From Octopus bimaculoides (taxonomy: Eukaryota): a stretch of DNA of 40,320 bases. Positions 33,700 through 40,320 of the stretch are shown one piece after another; position 1 is the stretch's first letter; every line of letters begins with the position of its first letter. Below the pieces are notes generated by a model. It ran no database searches. It was not told the DNA's origin and saw nothing but the letters and a program-made list of their open reading frames with translations. The position numbers and the translations under genes are program-made. The DNA lies in contig NC_069007.1 in assembly GCF_001194135.2 (NCBI RefSeq), positions 5,684,449 to 5,724,768 of the forward strand. The letters run 5' to 3'.

Positions 33700-34058
33700 T
33701 GTATATATACATATGGTGGATGTCTACTCCTTACACAGAGTTTGACCACCTCCTGCACCTACACCTTAGCCCTTTCATGGCGTCTGATGTGGCTTTTTAA
33801 ACCAGACAGTGTTTTGAAAAAACACCCACACAGATTTGCACTACCAATACCTGCAGGTAAGTTCTGCTCATTGTGGATCCTAACATGTCTTTTAAGACCC
33901 CCATTGGATTTTAAAACCCTCTGGCACACACCACATTCAAACGTGTGCACGGACATATAATCAGAATAGCTGGATGAGGTTTGTTTTCCATGGGTTCGCA
34001 GGTGAGATTTGAGACCAGCCAAGGACAGACATGGTCTGTCACAGACTGTGCACACAAA
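33700..34058 (-). pseudogene. Three-C2H2 zinc-finger segment with short 3' UTR; probably the 3' end of a 5'-truncated LINE (RTE-like)
   Basis: 33759-34058 reads FVCTVCDRPCLSLAGLKSHLRTH...FECGVCQRVLKSNGGLKRHVRIH...LCGCFFKTLSGLKSHIRRH...* with no stop. There are no TGEKP linkers. A UTR of about 45 nt ends in (TA)-type repeats. Confidence 0.7.
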
Positions 34059-34124
34059 ATATATATACATATACATACACATATACATACATGTATAAAT
34101 AATGCATATATATAAATATTTATA

Positions 34125-34164
<40 letters not shown>

Positions 34165-34224
34165 NNNNNNNNNNNNNNNNNNNNNNNNNNNNNNNNNNNN
34201 NNNNNNNNNNTATAAATATTTATA

Positions 34225-34262
<38 letters not shown>

Positions 34263-34264
<2 letters not shown>

Positions 34265-34690
34265 CACAGGAGTGGCTGTGTGGTAAGTAGCTTGCTTACC
34301 AACCACATGGTTCCGGGTTCATTCCCATTGTGTGGCACCATGGGCAAGTGTCTTCTACTATAGCCTTGGGCTGACCAAAGCCATGTGAGTGGATTTGGTA
34401 GATGGAAACTGAAAGAAGCCCGTCGTATATATCTATATATATATATGTATGTGTGTGTATATGTTTGTGTGTCTGTGTTTGTCCCCCCACCACCAACATC
34501 GCTTGATAAACGATGCTGGTGTGTTATGTCCCTGTAACTTAGCGGTTCAGCAAAAAGAGACTGATAGAATAAGTACTATGCTTTCAAAGAATAAGTCCTG
34601 GGTTCAATTTGCTTGACTAAAGGCGGTGCTCCAGCATGGTCGCAGTCAAATGACTGAAACAAGTAAAAGAGTAAAACAGTAAAAAGAGTA
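34263..34690 (+). mobile_element. Full-length SINE family A
   Basis: Collinear with 6524-6925 from head to the gtaaaagagta tail. Confidence 0.9.
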
Positions 34691-34745
34691 TATATATATA
34701 TGTACATTTGGGTTAAAATGTCTTACGGTTAAGCTGGTTCCTATG

Positions 34746-34839
34746 TATTTCCCTGAAGAGAAGACTACATCCTTATCAACATCACCTATTCCTTTGGAAG
34801 GTATAATTTGTAATCTTCGAAACATATGTTAGAAATAAA
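34746..34839 (+). ncRNA. Type I hammerhead ribozyme motif with 59-nt stem II, overlapping AATAAA
   Basis: UAUUUCC-CUGAAGA(34753-59)-stem II(34760-818; outer 10 bp with 9 pairs)-GAAA(34819-22)-CAUAUG-UU-AGAAAUA. The innermost stem I pair is a C.A mismatch. AATAAA at 34834-39. Confidence 0.7.
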
Positions 34840-34881
34840 AGAATTCATTTAACATATGCGTTTTACTCCATTTACTAAATT

Positions 34882-34921
<40 letters not shown>

Positions 34922-35282
34922 AATAAGGATAAGATCGGTATTTAAAATATTGATCCTATCAAGTGGTCAGCATGGGAATAAAAACCATCAAAGGTAATAA
35001 TTATTTAAAATTATAATNNNNNNNNNNNNNNNNNNNNNNNNNNNNNNNNNNNNNNNNNNNNNNNNNNNNNNNNNNNNNNNNNNNNNNNNNNNNNNNNNNN
35101 NNNNNNNNNNNNNNNNNNNNNNNNNNNNNNNNNNNNNNNNNNNNNNNNNNNNNNNNNNNNNNNNNNNNNNNNNNNNNNNNNNNNNNNNNNNNNNNNNNNN
35201 NNNNNNNNNNNNNNNNNNNNNNNNNNNNNNNNNNNNNNNNNNNNNNNNNNNNNNNNNNNNNNNNNNNNNNNNNNNNNNNNNN

Positions 35283-35325
<43 letters not shown>

Positions 35326-35739
35326 TAGATAGATAGATAGATAGATATGTATGTATGTATATACATTTGCATGCATACATGTTCCAGATTGACTTCTTGA
35401 TGTAGAGATAAAGCTTTAAGTCTCTTAATACTTACAGAAGCAAGTGGTAAAGTATTGTGCTGTGAAGCAGATAGCGCCAAAGATTAAAAGAAGGTTACTA
35501 GTTACACACCTATGGTATGCTTCTAAAAAGTGAAATCTAATTCTACCCCAACCTTAAACTACAAATATGTATTATGTATCTTTGAAACCAGAGAGTACTG
35601 ATTGGTTTCAAAAATATTCATCGCAGGAATCCATCTTATTACCATATTCTTCATTCCAATTGATTTTTAGCGGGAAGTATCAGTCTTTCTTCCAGGAAAC
35701 TTTTTACCATTACTTCAGAAATATGATTTCTTTTTGGTT

Positions 35740-35803
35740 CTGTTTAACATGTAGGATGGGTATGAATGTGTGTGCGTGTGTATGTGTGTGTACATGTGTG
35801 CAC

Positions 35804-35843
<40 letters not shown>

Positions 35844-36280
35844 GTAAAGAGAGAGAGATAGAAAGAGAGAGATGAATGCATAAATGTAAGTACATACATA
35901 AATGTATACATGTGTATTCGTGAATATATACATACACACATATATATTCGTATACATACACATATTTGTATACATACAAACAAAAAAACATATATAACAA
36001 ACAAAAAAACATATATATATTTATTTATGCTTGTATATATTATCTGTGTGTGTATATATATATAAATGCATATATGTATATTCATATGTGTATATAAACA
36101 TGTATATGTATATATGTATATATTTATACCTGTATATAAGTATATCTGTATATATTTATACATACATAAATATATAAATACATCCACACATATATGTGTG
36201 CGTTAAATAAAATATATACATATATGTTAAATAAAAATTTATATACATACGTACATACATACATATATATATATACCAAA
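35740..36280. repeat. Compound (TG)n/(TA)n low-complexity block
   Basis: Direct inspection. Confidence 0.85.
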
Positions 36281-36873
36281 AATTTTCATTTTCGTTTTCA
36301 TTGACATATTTTTCTTTAAAAGGAATCAATTTGCATAATGGATTATTATTATTATTATTATTATTATTATCATCATCATCTGCATCATCATCAACATATT
36401 ATTATTGTTGTTGTTGTTACTATTGTCACTTTTATTGTTATCATTCTTATTGTTATTATTGTTGATGTTGTTGTTGTTATTACCATGTATTTCTATAAAA
36501 GTGACTTTATTTTTCTGCGAGAAAGGTGTTTTTAGTTGATTAAAAAAAACCCGACTTCCATGGAAGTGCAAGGTTTCTGTGTGATGTGGGGCAGTGGAGG
36601 TGGCATGCGGAAGCGGAGCAGGGGTGGCACAATGATAATCTGAGTTTATTGAGTAAGATTTATCAAAATAAATTATCCTCAACAGCATCAAAATCTTTGT
36701 CATCATCACCGATATCCTCATCGCCGTCATCATTATCACCTTTATCATAGTCGTTATCATCATCAGCATCACCGACATCATCATCATCTTCATAGTTGTT
36801 GTCATCAACATCATCATCGTGATTGTCATCATCATCATCATTGTCATCATCATCATCACTGTAGTCATTATTG

Positions 36874-36904
<31 letters not shown>

Positions 36905-36907
36905 CAT

Positions 36908-37245
36908 CGGTTGACGTCCGCTTTCCATGCTAGCATGGGTTGGACGATTTGACTGAGGACTGGTGGAGCCCGAAGGCTGCACCAGGCTCCAATCTGATCT
37001 GGCAGAGTTTCTACAGCTGGATGCCCTTCCTAACGCCAACCACTCCGAGAGTGTAGTGGGTGCTTTTACATGCCATCAGCACGAGGGCCAGTCAGGCGAT
37101 ACTGGCAACGGCCATGCTCAAAATGGTGTATTTTATGTGCCACCTGCACAAGAGCCAGTCCAGGGGCACTGGCAACGATCTCGCTCGAAAGTCCTAACAC
37201 ATACTGCAGGCACAAGTGCCAGAAAGGCGACGCTGGGCACAACAT
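36908..37245 (-). mobile_element. Family B retroposon whose tail merges with a long (ATC)n-rich tract (36690-36908)
   Basis: Collinear with 5361-5625 and 15854-16292. Confidence 0.85.
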
Positions 37246-37247
37246 TG

Positions 37248-37352
37248 CTTTAATTTTTCCATGGGTGCATGGATCAGATAACACATGTTGAAGCAGATTT
37301 TCTAAGAATGGATGCCTTTCCTGTCACCAATCCTTACCTATGCAAGGTAATA
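37248..37352 (-). mobile_element. Older B-like (RTE-tailed) element fragment
   Basis: ttttccatgggtgcatggatcaga...gcagattttct...ggatgcctttcctgtcaccaatcc shares the ggatgcccttcc and ccatg..catgg motifs with B. Confidence 0.5.
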
Positions 37353-37535
37353 GTTACTCATGTTGTTTTGGGGATTATTTGGGTGGAAGATTGGAAATAA
37401 ATAACATAGCTTACTTGTATGAGATCGACATTCATTTGCAACCATCATGCACCTATGTGTGTATGTGTGTGTGTGTGTGCATATGTGAGTGTGTGAGAGA
37501 ATGTGTGTATATGTTTGCATGTATGTATATATATA

Positions 37536-37743
37536 CTCTTTTACTTGTTTCAGTCATTTGACTGTGGCCATGCTGGAGCACCGCCTTTAGTCGAGTAAAT
37601 CGACACCAGTACTTATTCGTTGGATGCCTAGTACTTATTCTATCGGTCTCTTTTGCTGAACCGCTAAGTTACGGGGACGTAAACACACCACCATCGGTTG
37701 TCAAGCGATGTTGGTGGGGACAAACACAGACGCACATACACAG

Positions 37744-37788
<45 letters not shown>

Positions 37789-38085
37789 TACGACAGGCTT
37801 CTTTCAGTTTCTGTCTACCAAATCCACTCACAAGGCTTTGGTAGGGCCTGAGGCNNNNNNNNNNNNNNNNNNNNNNNNNNNNNNNNNNNNNNNNNNNNNN
37901 NNNNNNNNNNNNNNNNNNNNNNNNNNNNNNNNNNNNNNNNNNNNNNNNNNNNNNNNNNNNNNNNNNNNNNNNNNNNNNNNNNNNNNNNNNNNNNNNNNNN
38001 NNNNNNNNNNNNNNNNNNNNNNNNNNNNNNNNNNNNNNNNNNNNNNNNNNNNNNNNNNNNNNNNNNNNNNNNNACTCCTGTGCCT
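37536..38085 (-). mobile_element. SINE family A spanning an N-gap (37855-38074)
   Basis: Tail and middle at 37536-37854; the head end actcctgtgcc reappears right after the gap. Confidence 0.85.
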
Positions 38086-38339
38086 ATATATATATATATA
38101 TGTATATGAACGTATGTATATATATATATAAATTGCTCATGTTTCCATCAACCACCCTTCACCAAGTACCACCCCTAGCATCTCCCTACATAATAACTCC
38201 CATCATCCACCACCACCACCACCACCACTCCGACCACCACCTTTCAAGATTTCTCCAGTTAATCAATCTCCCCCCCCCTGCCACTCTCATCTATCTGGCT
38301 GCCTGACTGCCTAGCTGCATGTCTGTCTGTCTGTCCATC

Positions 38340-38950
38340 AAACCATCAATCTATCTACCCCTTTCTCACCCTCTGCCTCTTACCCTCTCTTTCTCATTCC
38401 TTACCAATGCCCTCTTTTCTTTCTCCCTCTCTCTCTGTCTTTCTCTCTTTCTCCCTCTCTAACTCCCCCTTTCTCTTTATCACTGCTATCACCCCCCTCT
38501 TTCTCTGTCTCAATATATCTCCCTCTCTCTACATCTCTCTCTCTCCTTACTTTCTTCCTGTCTATGATCTTTCACACACATTCTCTGTTTCTCTCTCTCT
38601 CTCTCTGTTTCTCTCTCTCTCTCTCTGTTTCTCTCTCTCTGTCTCTGTTTCTCTCTCTCTGTCCCTGTTTCTCTCTCTCTGTCTCTGTTTCTCTCTCTGT
38701 CTCTGTCTCTGCTTCTCTCTCTCTCTCTGTTTTTCTCTCTCTCTCTCTCTTTCTCTCTCTCTCAATATATCTCACTCTCTTCATTTCCTCCCTCTTCTTT
38801 TCTCCCCTTCCTTTCTTCCTGTCATTATAATCACAGACACACACACACCCTCCCTCTCTAGCTCTCTGTTCTATCATCTTCTCTCTCACAGCATCTCTCC
38901 CCTCCTCTCTCTCTCTCTCTCTCTCTCACTATCTTAATACATCTCACTTC
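38340..38950. repeat. (CT)n/(CTGT) pyrimidine-rich tract
   Basis: Direct inspection. Confidence 0.9.
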
Positions 38951-39962
38951 TCCCCCCCCCTCCAACATTACCCCAACACCTCAAGAAATAGTCTNNNNNN
39001 NNNNNNNNNNNNNNNNNNNNNNNNNNNNNNNNNNNNNNNNNNNNNNNNNNNNNNNNNNNNNNNNNNNNNNNNNNNNNNNNNNNNNNNNNNNNNNNNNNNN
39101 NNNNNNNNNNNNNNNNNNNNNNNNNNNNNNNNNNNNNNNNNNNNNNNNNNNNNNNNNNNNNNNNNNNNNNNNNNNNNNNNNNNNNNNNNNNNNNNNNNNN
39201 NNNNNNNNNNNNNNNNNNNNNNNNNNNNNNNNNNNNNNNNNNNNNNNNNNNNNNNNNNNNNNNNNNNNNNNNNNNNNNNNNNNNNNNNNNNNNNNNNNNN
39301 NNNNNNNNNNNNNNNNNNNNNNNNNNNNNNNNNNNNNNNNNNNNNNNNNNNNNNNNNNNNNNNNNNNNNNNNNNNNNNNNNNNNNNNNNNNNNNNNNNNN
39401 NNNNNNNNNNNNNNNNNNNNNNNNNNNNNNNNNNNNNNNNNNNNNNNNNNNNNNNNNNNNNNNNNNNNNNNNNNNNNNNNNNNNNNNNNNNNNNNNNNNN
39501 NNNNNNNNNNNNNNNNNNNNNNNNNNNNNNNNNNNNNNNNNNNNNNNNNNNNNNNNNNNNNNNNNNNNNNNNNNNNNNNNNNNNNNNNNNNNNNNNNNNN
39601 NNNNNNNNNNNNNNNNNNNNNNNNNNNNNNNNNNNNNNNNNNNNNNNNNNNNNNNNNNNNNNNNNNNNNNNNNNNNNNNNNNNNNNNNNNNNNNNNNNNN
39701 NNNNNNNNNNNNNNNNNNNNNNNNNNNNNNNNNNNNNNNNNNNNNNNNNNNNNNNNNNNNNNNNNNNNNNNNNNNNNNNNNNNNNNNNNNNNNNNNNNNN
39801 NNNNNNNNNNNNNNNNNNNNNNNNNNNNNCACACACACACACATATATATCCTGTCAATCTCTTTCCCTTAAGACAAAGGTAAAAGATTTTGTAACATTT
39901 GTAATTCTGAGCTGTTCCACATTCTCTTTTCTAAGAATCCACTTGTAAACATTTGATATTAG

Positions 39963-40005
<43 letters not shown>

Positions 40006-40270
40006 AGAGGTGCTGAAAAGTACCTGATTTTGGGTAAAAGAAAATAGAGGAGGATCAGTTAATTATGATTTTATTCAACATGCTCCCCTCTCATAATCAC
40101 ACATTTATTGCAGCAGCCCTTCAGTTTTTCTAAACCCTGTAAAAGATTTCTCAACCCCTTCAAAGCCAGTAACTTTTCAGCATCATCACTTCATATACAC
40201 ACACATACACACACTCACACAGTTATACACAGAACACACATAGAGACACACAAAAGCACAGATGCACTCA

Positions 40271-40320
<50 letters not shown>

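Overview
AT-rich, heavily gapped eukaryotic DNA (about 12 N-gaps, most beside microsatellites). The repeat complement points to an octopus or other coleoid cephalopod; this is an inference. I found no credible host exon. Most listed ORFs are read-throughs of (TA)n/(TG)n/(GAT)n/(CT)n tracts or of N runs. The window is a mosaic of transposon debris. (1) At least four tRNA-headed SINE families, labelled A, C, D and E here, plus RTE-tailed elements labelled B; these are nested, chained and share modules. (2) Decayed coding remnants of a Penelope-like GIY-YIG endonuclease, a hAT transposase C-terminus, a DD37D (maT) Tc1/mariner transposase, a Ty3/Gypsy gag-pro-RT, an R4/Dong-like endonuclease end and a three-C2H2 LINE-like 3' end. 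(3) A piggyBac-type MITE sitting in a TTAA inside a SINE. (4) Two satellites with 69-bp and 105-bp units. The most interesting unannotated signal is a set of type I hammerhead-ribozyme motifs of the Penelope-associated kind, with a palindromic minimal stem III. One at 12885-13023 (+) has an intact core and a 108-nt rod-like stem II. A compact one lies on the opposite strand at 12361-12410. A third at 34746-34839 (+) has a 59-nt stem II. There is also a decayed one near 2455-2510.
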